Source of the DNA: Raillietiella orientalis
Lineage: Eukaryota
NCBI GenBank assembly: GCA_036172245.1
Contig: JAYWIR010000038.1
Coordinates: forward strand, 620,001-684,000
Direction of reading: 5' to 3'
Length of the DNA: 64,000 bases
The notes under the pieces were generated by a model that did not search any database, was not told the origin of the DNA, and saw only the letters and a list, made by a program, of their open reading frames with translations. Position 1 is the first letter of the stretch; the number at the start of each line of letters is the position of its first letter. A program made the translations under genes and the position numbers. Below, one piece after another: positions 1 to 12,157 of this stretch.

Positions 1-1399
1 GTTAGGTTCCCCCTTGATTCCTCTTTGCAGGAAGAGCCTCCGCCTCGCGCCCCGTGCCACCTCCACGCTTGCGCCACTCTCTCCCCGACAGAGGGCCGGT
101 CGTTTCTGCACCGCGAAGGGAATCTCCGTCGAGGGAACTGAGGCGCGCGATGGGGGCGACCGGGAGGGGAGGAGCACGGGTTGGTTGGTTGGCTAGGAAG
201 TAGCTCGAGCGACCGCGGCCTGCCACCCGTGAGCCACGGTGGCTGCTCTGCGCTCGCGCCGCTACTTCGTTCCGGAGGAGTCCGAGGCTCCTGCTTGCTT
301 CCGACCTCTGCGCCACCTCTTCCGATCCGGGGGGCGCGGACGCCTCTCTTTGGACGTCCGGTTCCCAGTGCGGATCGGTCGGCCGGACCGTCGACGGGCG
401 AGTACCACGCTCTTCCCTTCTCCCCGCTTTCTCTTTCTCTTTCTGTATTTCTTCCGGGTTGCGCGTGGGCATAGGGGCGAAAGGCGAACGGGCTGCTCGC
501 TGCCTCTGCTGTTGCGCGCAGGCGCTATCGGAGAAGAAGGGCGAGGACAAAGGGTCCGTCGGGCGGGGCGGATGGGCGGAGGAGGCCCCGACTCGCGTCC
601 AAACCCCACACGGGGCGAATGCCAAGGTTCTCAGCACCGGGCGCTTCCGGTGGGTAGGACCGGCGCTCGCTCTCCCGGACCGCGGGGAAGGCGCTGGTTG
701 TTGAGGGCGGCGGCAGCAGGACCGGCGGGAGCACCGCGATCCGTCGTCAGAGGGCAGCAGCGGCGGGGACAGCTTCGGCTCCTCTCCCTGCGTGTTGCCT
801 TGCGCGCGTCGGTCTCGCCGCTCTTGTAAAGGGGGCCCCGTGTGGGCGGCAACCCCCTATCCTCGACCGGAAGTGCGGCGCTCCTGAGAACGCAGATTCC
901 TCGGGCGCAGCGGTGCCGGAGGGAGAGATCGTGGGCGGAAGCGCAAGCGTCCTGCTCGCCGGCGGCACGGGTGCTGGCTGCCAGCGCGCTGCCGAGCGGT
1001 GACCGGTCTCAGGGCCGCGCGTATGGATCCCCACCCCCCTCTCGGGAGGGGCGAATCGCGCCTTCCGCTCCCGGAGCATCTCCCGGGAGGTCCGCGGAGT
1101 TGCGCATTTCCGTTTCCGGTCCGGGCGTCGTCTTCGCCGTGTACCGCCGGCCCGCCTCCTGCTCCTCGTCCTGGAGCGGCCCGTTCCTTCTCGGGGCAGC
1201 CGTCTCGTGGGCGCCGAGCCCCCCAAGCGCTCTGCTCGCGGTGCTCGAACGCTGGCGGCGCGACTCTTCCGCTTCCCGCCCCTCCTTACCCGCTTCCGTA
1301 AGAGGCGGAATCTGGCCATGTGGATCCTTGTAGCGTGATGAGTGTCGTCGTAGGCGAAGTCTCGGGAAGCATGTAGCAGTTTGTGCTGGGTGGTCGCCT

Positions 1400-2200
1400 T
1401 CGTTTGCTGTGGATCTTTCTCGAAGGAGGGTTTAGCTATTCTTCACTCGCTGGATGCTGCAGCAATTTTTTTCCCTCCAGAGATGCATGGAATTTCGTTA
1501 GTTATGGTGACGCCGCGGAGGTCCGTCGACCCTGCTTCCCTAGAGAAGAGAGAAGGGGAAGGAAGACGGTGTGACGACTTCTAGGAATGCGTCCGTGAGC
1601 TCAGGAAGGAAGGTTGAGAGGGATCGCGACCTTCTGTCCTTTGCGATCGAACCCACTTTCTCTCTTTATTCCGGTGGAGTGCCTCACGCAGCTGTTTGCT
1701 GTTTGCCTGCCTCCCCCTCATTCCCTTCCCTTGTGCACCAGAGATGGTCCTCCTCCTCATTTGCGTGCTTCTTCGGCAGAGAAGACGAAGGAGCGCATTC
1801 GAGGGTCTCCCTCGCTTCTCGCGCGTGACAGGACCTTATCTGGGGCGAATTCCCTCTGGATGCCAGCGCAACCATCCCTCTTAATCCCCTTACTTCTCGA
1901 AAGAGAGAAACTCCTCCTGGTAGTCAGGATCTTCGCCACAAGTCGCACCGACAGCTCTAGAAGGAGGTTGCGACCAGAAATTCCTCTCGGGTCAGTGGAG
2001 AGCGAAGGAGATTCGTCCTTCCTTTTTCACCGGCTTCCAAAGCACCCCAACCCGAAGAGAACGAGCTCCGCACGCCATCCGTAGAGAAAAAACACCCCGA
2101 CGCTGTAGGCACTGGCATAGGCTTGCCGGAGGAGCAGTTCCAGACACGGGGACAGCGGAGGCTGTGAGTAGAGTCGCCCAGAGCAGCTGGCTGCTCCAGC
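1400..2200 (-). mobile_element. Degenerate L1/Tx1-like LINE reverse transcriptase remnant
   Basis: Minus-strand frames give, in RT order, 'LLELSVRLVAKILTTRRSFSL' (cf. ISLLNxDYKILAKILxxRL), 'AGIQREFAPDKV' (cf. GRxIxDN) and 'RKGQKVAIPLNL' (cf. RGxRQGxPLSP); multiple frameshifts. Confidence 0.5.
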
Positions 2201-2472
2201 GATACTTATGGTCCTAGAGGACCTCAGTAGGAAGTAGTTCGAGGGATGAGTTCTTCCTTGACTGCTGTCCGGTACTCTCCGGAGGGAAATTCGCTCTCTC
2301 TCGGAGGAAGAAGCTTCAGGGAGGTTCTCTATAAGGTGAGAGGGGCGCGACCCCGGCGTCGCGTCTTTGGGAACTCAAGACCTCGTTCTTGTCAGGTTTC
2401 ATGGATGGCGGACCCCTGGATCCCGGACCTGGTTTCGGGTTCGGCTTGGGCGTCCTCCTCGATTGGTTCGCG

Positions 2473-3235
2473 TTGACGGCCGTACGGCGCGCGGCACATC
2501 GATTCCCGTTCGGGGAAGGATTGACACCGAGTACGGGGGATGCGTCGTGGGTTTACGGGTGCCCTTCCTCCACCCGTAAGGTGATGCTGGTTGGCCTGTA
2601 GGCTTCGGGTGTGGCACTGTCAGGAAGTCAGGAATCCCCGGATGCCCTGATGAGTAGCCGGGATTTGAAAGCTGACTCCCCCGAGGTTTTCCAAGAATCA
2701 AAAAGCCCATCTGGGTTCCCTTCCTCTCCGCTGCAGAGGCAACCCCCGAGTGGGGTTTGCCTCTGCAAAGTGTAAGTGCACCGCTCCCTTTTTGGAGAGC
2801 TCTCCAGAGAAATCGAGAAGTGTCCCTTGGGTTCTCTTCAGAAAAGGAGCAAACAAGTGCGAGTTGTCTCAGTAGAAAAAGTTCCAGGAGCAGATCCTTT
2901 ACTGGTTCACTTCAGAGAGGAAATGAGGAGTGGACCCCTCCGGGGAATCGCTCCAGAGAGAACAAGGAAGAGGAGGTTTTCTTCAGGGTTCCCTCCCAAA
3001 TCGTAAGAGAAGCATACTCCTTCCTCGGAAGCATTCCTGGATTCCATAGGATGGTCTCCCTCCGGGGTCACCTGCTAACTTGAAGAGTCACACGCACCCT
3101 CGGTGGTGTTTGCAGCGCTTAAGAGCTTCGTGGACCGAATCCCCAGCCTCAGCAGTCCTTGAGAAACAAAAAAAATAGGCAGCTGGAAGGAAAGCGGAGA
3201 AAGCAGGAGAACCCAAAGGATTTCATCATACTCGG
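2473..3235 (+). mobile_element. SINE-U copy S1 (near full length, degenerate tRNA-like head)
   Basis: Colinear with copy S3: GAAGGATTGACACCGA, GCGTCGTGGGTTT, GTAGGCTTCGGGTGTGGCAC, CCCCTCCGGGG subunit, TTCCTGGATTC, TTGAAGAGTCACACGCACCCTCGG, CCTTGAG then an A-run at about 3167-3176. Confidence 0.75.
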
Positions 3236-3374
3236 AAAAAACAAAAGACGCAAGGGGCAGAGTAATCTTGGCAAGGTGGGAAGTAACGTGCTGCATAGCA
3301 GCAAAGGCGAAGCTTATGGACAACTCGGGAGGTCACGGACACTGCGACCCCGAGTATCTCACCACATGAACTTT

Positions 3375-4095
3375 TATGGGCTGGGAAGAGCCGCTCCACA
3401 TCCCTCTGGAAGAGGTGGAGTGGCCTCCAGCGTGCTGGGACTGTCGCTCTTCCCCTCCGCCCTTCCCGAGCAAAGCGCACCTACACCATGAAACACGAGG
3501 GGGCTCGTGGACGCTCAATGCGATAGTTGCGGAAAGAAGGAGACCCCCCGCACCTGCTGTTGGGCTCTGATGCTCTCCGACTCCTTTGGGATCGCCTTGC
3601 AACCATCCTCGGAATCCCGGTTGGCAGCCCCAGGGACATTCTTAGACGTCTCTTCGCTCGTGACTCCGCTCTGCCGCCAGCCGCGTCCCTCGCAGTTCCC
3701 TCCTCTTGTTTTTCCTAAATCGCGGCGGTCTGGAACACCAGGGGAAGAGGCCATCCACTGGACGCAATCTTGCAGAAACGGCCTCGCCCGGGAGCTATAC
3801 GGACAGAACTTGCCGGCATCCTGCACATGATGCAGAGGACGCCTGGCAGCGTACCGTGATCGCTTCCTCATTTCCTTCCTTCCCTCCCTGTGTATACTAC
3901 CCTCTCCCCTGTTTTTTTGTTTGTTTCTTTTTTGTTCTTGCTTCCCCTTCCTCCACGCTGCCGAAGGAACCTCGCTGGTCTGAGCACCGGGCTTCGGCAG
4001 ACTCTTCATTGAGTGTAGTGGAACCAGCGGTTCCACCACACCAATGTACTTTTATTACGTCATGTAATGAATGCCCTGGCATAACCGGGTGAGAA
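3375..4095 (+). mobile_element. L1-A copy A1: 5'-truncated L1/Tx1-like LINE 3' end (ORF2 C-terminus plus structured 3' UTR)
   Basis: Frameshifted translation 'WEEPLHIPLEEVEWPPACW...DAQCDSCGKKET-PHLLLGSDALRLLWDRLATILGIP...AVWNTR...ELAGILHMMQRTP' fits the CxxC..ETxxHLL..W pattern of the L1 ORF2 C-terminus; hairpin at 4013-4041 and terminal AACCGGGTGAGAA. Confidence 0.8.
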
Positions 4096-4770
4096 TCATC
4101 CTCCTCGATTCCGTGTTCGTGGATTTGTCGAGAGCGCATTGCCTGGGGGGCTGTTTTCCCTGGAGGACTCCCGTGGGCATATCCCTCGAGCAAGCAGGTC
4201 TTTCTGCGTGCGAATTTTGCTCTCGGAATAGGTCCGTGCCTCTTGTCCCACAGATGGTCACTCGGATTCGCTCCTCCAAGAACAACCCGACTCGCACGAC
4301 GGCCCCGTCTAGTGTCAAGAGTTGACCTCGCACCAGGAGGCTGAGGGTGTGCTGTCTGTTCGGTTGGCTCACGAGCGCGTATCCGCTTCTGGAGAGAAGC
4401 CGCACTCGGTGCCGCCGCTCATCCCCCCGGGACTCTGAATTAAGCCGAAGGGAAAGTCAGTTAATCCGGACGCAGGTGGAGCGCATCTCGGAACGTCAGT
4501 CGTGGGGACGACGGGTGGATTCGTTGCATCTTCCCTGTCACCTCCGTCGACTTGTATGAGCTTGGGAGAGCTGCGCCACATCTCTCTGTAGGAAGTGGAG
4601 TGGCCTCCAGCGTGCCGGGACAGTGGCGCTCTCCCCCTGAAGTGGCAGGAGTCGGCGTTGTTACATGGGGGAATCCTGTGCAAAGCGCGCCTACACCATG
4701 GAACACGGGGGGGCTCGTGGACGCTCAGTGCGACAGGTGAGGGAAGAAAGGGACCCTCCCGGAGTGCCCC
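4096..4770 (+). mobile_element. L1-A copy A2 (internal ORF2 fragment, no 3' UTR)
   Basis: 4555-4760 is clearly similar to 3375-3550 (GTGGAGTGGCCTCCAGCGTG; GCAAAGCGC.CCTACACCATG.AACACG.GGGGGCTCGTGGACGCTCA.TGCGA); translation 'EWPPACRDSGALPLKWQESALLHGGILCKARLHHGT'. The upstream boundary is less certain. Confidence 0.75.
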
Positions 4771-5779
4771 GTCCACGGAGTCTGGAGAGTCATGACAACC
4801 AAGGACGTCCCGCGGAGGGAGAGACGCCGCCGCAAAGGCGGCCCCTCCCGCAATTTACAACCTCTGACGCCGGTGTTTCGCGCGCCAGAGTCGATCCTTG
4901 CCAGCTCTCCACCGGACGTCGTTCGTCGACGTGGGGAGGCGCCCGGCACCCAATCAATCCCACGGAGCCGGGGGTAGGCAGGGAAGGTGGGAAAGCACGG
5001 TTGCTGTCGCAGAGGATGACGAAGTCTCCAATTCTTGAATGCGATCTCTTCCGGGTGCGGTTGGCTCCCTGAGCCTCCGGGGATTCTTGCCGTGCCCTCG
5101 ATTCTGAGCAGGCTATTCTGAGCCCCCAGTGAGGGCTAGCCTGGAGTCAGCTCGCCGCATATTTCCTTGGCAAGTTGCCCTTTGCGTCACGGATGCAGAG
5201 GCAGCTCTACGGACGGGCTGGACCGCCCTCCAAGGACCCACGAAGGGACTTCGTGGGTCCTCGGTCGTGCTTTCCCGCCCCGCAGTTGACCTGCTTCCTG
5301 CTAACAGGGCAACTCATCGCTCCGGGATGTTCAGGAGTGCACCTTGATGGTAGGGGGCACATCGACCTCTTCCGAAGGAAATCTGGAGCTGGAAAAGGGG
5401 AGCAGAGATCGGGATTCACAGCCGAGATAACCACACCGTGGTCATCAGCGGCGTGTGCGCGGTGGTTCCCAGGGACCCGCGGAGGTGGAACCATCGTCAC
5501 GGGCACTCCCCTCCCTCCCAGGAGAATGGAGCGATCCGTTCCCTCGATCCCTGCCTCCATGGCCGAAGAGCCGAAGGAGAGAGAGAAGCGCCAGGAGACT
5601 CCCCTACCTTCCAGACGCTCCCTCGGAGGAGCCGAAGGTGGGTCCCGGTCCGTGACAACTCCACACGCTCTGGAACAGATCACATCTCTGAGCTGCGCAG
5701 ACGGAAAGTCTGAACTGCCCGGCCCTGCGGCGGCTGTTGAGGAGTTCGCAGTGGAGACCACTGGACACGAGAGGAGGGT

Positions 5780-6060
5780 GGGTGCTGAGTGGAAAGATGC
5801 GGGAAGAAGGAGACCCTCCCGTACCACTGCTGGACTGCGTTGCCTTCTAACCCCTCCGGGATCGCCTCGCGATGATCCTAGGTATCCCGGAGGACAGCCC
5901 CAGGACATCTTCGGATGCCTCTTCGCACGTGGTGCCGCTCTGCCGCCAGTCGCATCCCTAGAAGTTCCCTCCTCTGCGGGATCGGGACGGTCTGGAACTC
6001 TAGGAGAAGAGGCCATCCACTGGGAGCGGATCTTCCTGAGGACCGCGAACGTCGCGCGCG
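5780..6060 (+). mobile_element. L1-A copy A3 (partial ORF2 C-terminus)
   Basis: Shares GGAAGAAGGAGACCC, GCTCTGCCGCCAG.CGC.TCCCT, GGTCTGGAAC and GAAGAGGCCATCCACTGG with A1. Confidence 0.7.
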
Positions 6061-6449
6061 CGCAAGTGCCTGCCGTAGCCGCTGGCGACGGAGGGAACAC
6101 TCCGCGCGTCTTAGGACCCAACGTACAACAAGTCCGACTGCTGCCGACACACCGAGGGAAACACCGCGTGGCTGGACAGGTGCTGCTGGGAGGAGGGCAG
6201 GGCAGGCAGAAGCTGCCCTCTTCCCATTCGAGAGGAAGAGCTCGAAGGAAGTTTGTCGAAAATTCCCGGATGGAGGATCGGGTGATCTGGAGAGGGGGCC
6301 GAAAGAGCACGTGTCTTTGTTTTCGGACCTAAGGCATTGGTTCCTCCGAGTTCCCCGCGAACGCGAGGATTCCCGTCTCTCTTTCAGGGGTGGCACGTGC
6401 GCCATTCCCCTCTCATCGTACTCCGCAGTGCTTAGGGGCTGCTATCGAG

Positions 6450-7450
6450 GCTGCTTGCGATTGGAGGATCCATCTGCACTCCAAGGAATCCAGAGCGCCT
6501 TCTTCTTTCAGGCGGGCTTCCCGGGGTCAAAAGCTCGAGTGGGGGGTGGATGGGAGGTGGCTTGCCTGCTTTCCTTCCAGCTCGCCCGTGGTTCTGCTCA
6601 GGAGCGAGACCGTCCACTCGAGCCTCAGGGGATTTCCCGAACCTTTTCGTTCCCTTGAAGACCCCTTCCTGCTACCACTGTCCCTGCAGACATTCTTTCC
6701 GGAAGCGATTTCTTGCATCCGGTTCTCTCCAGAGAAACAGGAAGACGAGCCCTTCCGCATTCTGGAAGGCGGTGGCGGAAGGCGAGGAGGACGCCCATCC
6801 GCTGCCGCACGTTGCCGAAGGGACTTTCGACTTCTCCCTCTCCTCTTCTCCATCGCAGACGTGGGAACGACCGGATGTTCCCGTGATTGGCGTTGGAGAA
6901 CCAGCCAATCACCGGGAGCGTGCGGTCGCTGTGCATGCGGGAGGGTCGCTCCGCCGGCAGCGGCTCCAGTCGGTGCCCGATCCGGCCCGCTTCGCAGCCT
7001 TTCCCCTCGCTCGCGCCTTTGCCCTTCTCTTCGGGACCTCCATGAAGGTCCCGAACACTCCTCGGGACATGTTGCACCTCCTGGCTTGGCGTCCTCCGGA
7101 AGCCCCGCGGGCTTTGTCCCACCGCTCTGCCGTCCCTCGCCGCTCCCTTCGCGCCGGCCTCGTTTCGCACGAACGGGCGCAGGACCACTGGCCGCCTCGA
7201 CGCTGGAGCAGGAGAGGCTCGCTCTCCCGGGACGCGCGCTGACTGCTTCCTGATGGCTCCCTGGAACGTCGCGACGGGAGGGAGCCTATCCTCCTGCGCG
7301 ACGAGCAGCCGGGGCGTATAGATGGGACCGCGCACCTCCCCTGTTCCCGTCCGAGGTTTGCCTCGGAGTCCCTGAAAGATCCGAGACTGGTGAACAGATC
7401 GCGAAGACATTCGCGGCAGATCCAGGATCTCGAGGATTCCCCATTGCATG
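6450..7450 (-). mobile_element. Degenerate L1/Tx1-like RT and post-RT remnant
   Basis: 'LEILDLPRM...PIYTPRLLVAQEDRLPPVATF' (cf. RGVRQGDPLSPxLF), 'TLPVIGWF' (cf. KILGVxF), 'GLVFLFLWR' and 'LRLEWTVSLL' (post-RT FxFLW and LxWxxxLL motifs), in correct order across frameshifts. Confidence 0.5.
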
Positions 7451-8899
7451 TGGGCACCGTCGTCTTAGTGGACTGTTTTTTTCTCGAGCAAGAACGCACT
7501 TCCTCCTTCTGCTCGGCGGCACCACCACCGTGATGATGCGCGTGCTACTGCTGCCGTCTCACGGCACGCGCGAGATGACGGCGAAGACGCAGCCATCAAA
7601 GGTCCCCCCTACCTCCCCCTCCCCTTCAATTTAACATTTTTTTTTGGCTCCGTTCCTGAGTGCAGGGCACCGGCCTCGAGGTCAAGGGAAGAGGATCAGG
7701 TGGGATGCCGGAACTCCGAAGTAACCCTCCAGCTCCCGGCTCGGGAGCTAACCCCTTCCTCTCCCTGCTTAGCAGGAGCTCAGGATCCTGCCCCACCTCG
7801 GCGTCCAGGGAGGCGCATTTCCGCCATGCGAATCCCTTAGGGTGGTTGTCGGTAACCTCCCTTGGATCGAAGAAGCCGCTCCCATTCCCTCCGAGCTAAC
7901 CCAGATCTTCCAGCTTCTCCTTGTTCCCGCAGGAGATTCAGAATCTTCAGCGCATCCTTCGTCGCCATCCCTGCGGAGCCAGGGAAGCCCCAGTGTCCAC
8001 ACCAAGAGGCTCATCAAGAGCTCGACGAAAGGACCTCTTGAACCGCCCGGAGCCAAGTTCGGTTGCCGAGGCGCGCTCAAAACCGCCCTCGGCGGTTTCC
8101 TCCCTGTCGTTCTCGAAGGGATCGTCTCGGCCCAGCCGCCATTCCCTCCAGGAGCGCGGCGTGGAGGGGACGCCCTCGCCTCCCGGTCTGAAAACCTCCT
8201 GGTCCCTGAAGGACTGAGCCGGATCCTGCGAGATCCGGAGAATCGGCGCGCTCCCAGCGGGGAACTGGCACGCGGAGTTCTTTCCCAAACATGGCCGGCG
8301 GGGATCTTTGACGCCGCGTCGCCGAGATGCCCTCCACTCTCGGGTCCAAGGAGATTCTGCCTTGTGAAACACCCTCGGCTGCAGACCAGGACGGCGGAGT
8401 GGAGGGTGGGGGTCTCAGATTAGCCCTTTCTCGGGCAGAGCAGTGGATCTTCCGAGAGGAGTGAGGCAGGGCGGGGCGCCAGAGTTCTCCTCTGATACGA
8501 GCTGCGGGGCAGGCTCACATCCATGCACTCCATTTTCGTTCCCTCCTCTTACTTTCCCCTGATAATGAGGGTTGCCTCCCGAAGCAGTGGAAGAGGAGCG
8601 GAGAAGGGTGGCTCCCACGAGGCACATGGATGGTGCTTCAAGGCTTCGGGGCGACTTCTGGGGAGGCCCTCAGCCTTCTCCACCACACCCCGTTCGGCCG
8701 CCGTGAGGTCAGATCGTCGCTCGGAGGATGGAGCGCGCGCGCCAAAGGTACAGGGCCTCCCCAGAGTCGCGGTGAAAACTCGTGGAGAGGGCGGGGCAAC
8801 TCCCCCTCCGACGATCGCGTCCTCACTTCCGCCTTCTTCATCTGCATCCACTTGGGCGACCGTGCACTTTGAGCCAAATTAGGGGACGACCAGGCTGGC

Positions 8900-9500
8900 T
8901 CGCTGTCAGTGGCTGCCGGTCACCAGTCGCCCACGCAGAGCAGTGCCGCGTGGTGGGCCTTCCCCATCAGCAGGTCTCGCCGCGAACTTCGGTCGCCGCC
9001 TTGAGCTTCGAGGGAGCCTTGAGCTCGGCCCCTTCTCTGACCTCTCCTGCTGATGCGGGGCTCTCCTTGCCTGGCTCCGTTCCAGTGCTGCCAGCCCTTC
9101 GGCAGGGGTTCGCCCTTTGGCGAGCATGGGACGGGAGTGTAGGCCGGGAAGCCCACCATAGGATCCACGGTCCGAACGCGATTTCAGGAAATCTGGAGTG
9201 CCTTTTTCTCCTTCCGTCCTTTCCCGGCCAATGGGGAATGCATCGGGATATTGGAGCTTGCCCGTTCGATCGCGCCCCGCGGCCGGGGTGGCGATCGCTG
9301 CAAGAGGATGCGGCGCAAGGGCAAGGAGAGCCGGGTTCACCCCTCGTCCTGGCGAAAGCTCCCGGGCACAACTCTCGCGTCCAAAGGGAGACTCCTCCGT
9401 CGCCCGCGTGGCCGTTGCGACCAGGTGCACAGATTCTGCTTATCGGGAGCCGCGGTTTCGGTGCGACGCTCTCCACGGCAACGGGCGAAAAGGATCCCCC
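8900..9500 (-). mobile_element. Possible degenerate L1-type ORF1 zinc-knuckle region
   Basis: 'HARQRANPCRRAGSTG' and 'LMGKAHHAALLC' weakly resemble tandem YxGQxxxCxxCxxxGH knuckles; lies upstream of the RT remnant at 6450-7450 on the same strand. Confidence 0.25.
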
Positions 9501-10280
9501 TCCCCCCCCGATAGCGGAGGGCCGATTTATCGTGAATGGAATTTTATCTGAGGAGTGGCACCCGTCGGGGCTCCCATCCTCGGGCGCCGCGCAGTGGGCA
9601 GGGGGGGATTAGGAGGCAGGGGGGTCTCCACGGGATCTCCTCCCAGGGAGACCTCGGGACAGCCGCTGACACCAGCGATCGTCCGTCTCCGGGATCCGCC
9701 TGCGTTCCTGGGACGACGGCCTCTGCGGGAAGGTTCGAGCAGGAGGCGAAACGCTCTGGGGCGGTCCTGTCGTCACGCTCGGATGCTGCTACTGCTGCTC
9801 CTCCTCCCGCAATCAAGACGAAGGGAGAAGGAAAGGGCGCTGCTGTTCCCCGTAAGGAGGGGCGCATCTCGAGAGCAGCTCGAGCGCCGCTCCCCGACGT
9901 CTGCCGGGGTCGCTCGGGGTCCCCTCGTGACCATTGCCCGCTTTCCGCCGCGAAAAAGCGTCCCCAGCTCCTGGGAACACACGTTCCGCAACTTCCCGAC
10001 TCCTGCTTTTCCTCCGTCATTCATCGCTCTAACTGCTTGCTTCTCCCGGACCAACACGCGGGAGGAGATTTTTCCCAAGCGCTGCTGGTCGCTGGTCAGC
10101 GCGGTGTGATGAGAAGCACTGAGAAAAGGAAAATGCAGACCAAACATTCCTTCCCCCGTCCCTCAAAAAAAAAAAAAAAACAAATAGAAAGGAACAAAAG
10201 TGAACAAAAGAAGATTCTTTCGTCTTCTGAGCTTGTCGCAGCTCTCGGACGGAAGGCACCTTTTTGAGGTTGAGGTTGAA

Positions 10281-10770
10281 CCTCAAGGGTGCTTCCAGGA
10301 CATCAAGGGACCCTTCGGGGTTCCCCTCTGATTGTGAAAATGGAGCCACGTCCACCCTCAGAGGAGTCTTCGTGTTCCATGGAGCTGTATGATACCCCTC
10401 ATAGGGGTCGGTTGCCTCTTCGGAGAGCAAGAGCGTCCCTCCAGAGAAAATTGACGGCGTCCCTTCGGGGTTCTCTCCAGAGAGCGGATCCTCCCCGAGT
10501 TTCTTTGTGAGAAATGATCCCCTCCGGAAGTCCACCACCGGAAAGAATAAGGAAGAAGAGGTACCTTTCGGGGCTGCTGCTCCAAGAGTGAGAGAGGAAC
10601 GGAATCCTCCCTCCGGAGGCTTCCTGGATTCATAGGGCGGTCCTCCGGGGTCATTCCCAATCTTGAAAGTCAAAACGCACCCACGGGCGGAGTGGGCGAT
10701 GCTTGAAGATCTTCTCGAGCCCAACCTCTAAGGAGGCGAACGGTTCTTCAGCACCCCTTGAGGGTCAAAG
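10281..10770 (+). mobile_element. SINE-U copy S2 (5'-truncated)
   Basis: TTCCAGGACATCAAGGGACCCTTCGGGGTTCCC, further CCCTTCGGGG/CCCTCCGG subunits, TTCCTGGATTCATAGGG and the conserved 3' block CGGTTCTTCAGCACCCCTTGAGG. Confidence 0.8.
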
Positions 10771-11424
10771 GGATAGGAAAATGGGAATCGCGATGGCCCC
10801 TTTCGCAGGGAGCCCGGAGTCTCCTGAAGCCGCCATGGGCTGAAACTATAAGGGACGTTCCAGCTGAATCTCAAACCCAGCGATGAAACTCCAGCTGACT
10901 TCCACGACCTGGAGTCTCTGGTGAAGCCGGCACGTGCTAATCAGTTCGGCTTCGATAGCGGGGAGTTGGAGCACCTGCCGCCACGTGGGGGCATCGGCAC
11001 GCCGACCCCATCGAGGGTATGCCCACTTGTGGCACACGGCTTTGAGCATCAGGCTCCACTGTCCCCTCATGTCGGTCCCGTTTTTCTCAGACGATTGCAA
11101 CCCAGAGACGCGGAAGCTGAACGCCACTACAACTGTCTTCGCGCATCTTTCGCGGAAATCATCCTGCTCTTCATTCTTTCAGCCTCAACTTGTCCTTCCC
11201 TTTCATGAGACGAGACGGAAAGAGCGCTGACTTCATGCTAGATGGCTTCCAGACACTCTTCGAAGCCAGAGGATGTCCTCAGCAGGAACGCTTGTCTCGC
11301 GAATGCCACAGGAACTCTGGAAAGACGGCTACTTGAAAGCGAGCTTTCGAGGTCAGGGTACGCAGCAACCTGCTTCCTCTTCAGGTCTTCCGGAAGCTTC
11401 TGTGAATCTTCTTGAGCTCTCCTG

Positions 11425-12157
11425 GCTAGCGGCCATGTGGCTGCGGTCTCCGCACGCGCGGCACCAAGCGTTGTGGGTTTGAATCCTGCCTGGTGAAGGA
11501 TCGACCCCTCGAGAAATGGGTGCGTCGTGGACTTCGAGTCCCCCCGCAGGATGATGCTGGGTGATCAGTAGGCTTCGAGTGCGGCACCCCTGGACTCCTC
11601 CGATGAGTAGCCTGGATTTGGAAGCCCTCCTGACCCTCCGGGCTTCCTTCCAGGACATCAAGGACTCGGTTCCCTTCGGGGTTCCCCTCCGGTTGTCCAA
11701 ATGGATCGGCCCCCCTCAAGGGGACTCCCTACATCCGTACCATGGAGTTGGTGGATGAATACCTCTCCAGAGTATGAAGAAGTGAGCTGCTCACTTCGGG
11801 ACCGACCCTTCAGGGAAATTCCCTTCGGGGTTTTCCTCTCCAGAGGAGGAAACAGGCAGAGGATTCTTTCCGCGTTCCCTTCGGAGAAGAAATAAGGGAG
11901 TGGCTCCCTCCGGGGGTCATTCCAGAGAGAACAAGAGGAGATTCCCTCCGGGGTTCCCTATCAAGCGTAAGAGAGGAGCGGACTCCCACTTTCGGAGCCT
12001 TCCTGGATTCATGGGGTGGTCCCTTCCCGGAGTCACCTCCTATCCTGAAGAGTCGCACGCAACCTCGGACGGCGCGGACAGCGTCGAAGAGGAGCTCCGT
12101 CAGTCCCCCCTGAGGAGGCGGACGGTTCTTCAGCACCCCTTGAGGACCAAAAAAAAG
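11425..12157 (+). mobile_element. SINE-U copy S3 (most complete uninterrupted plus-strand copy)
   Basis: A-box-like TAGCGGCCATGTGG (about 11427), B-box-like GGGTTTGAATCC (11475), second T-arm GTGGACTTCGAGTCC (11527), subunit array 11630-12030, CGGTTCTTCAGCACCCCTTGAGGACC then A9. Confidence 0.85.

Noticed and set aside
600..1340. ORF1-like zinc knuckle on the minus strand
   Set aside because: Cys/His residues are not recoverable; the resemblance is too faint to call.
2647..2672. CTGATGA...GAAA hammerhead-like core in SINE-U S1 (retrozyme hypothesis)
   Set aside because: Stem II does not pair and the core is not conserved in other copies (CCGATGA..GGAA in S3, CTGTTGA..GGAA in S4, CGTTGAG..GGAA in S8).
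11630..12040. CRISPR-like repeat-spacer array
   Set aside because: Repeats are short and degenerate, linkers resemble each other, the array is internal to a dispersed element, and no cas genes are present.
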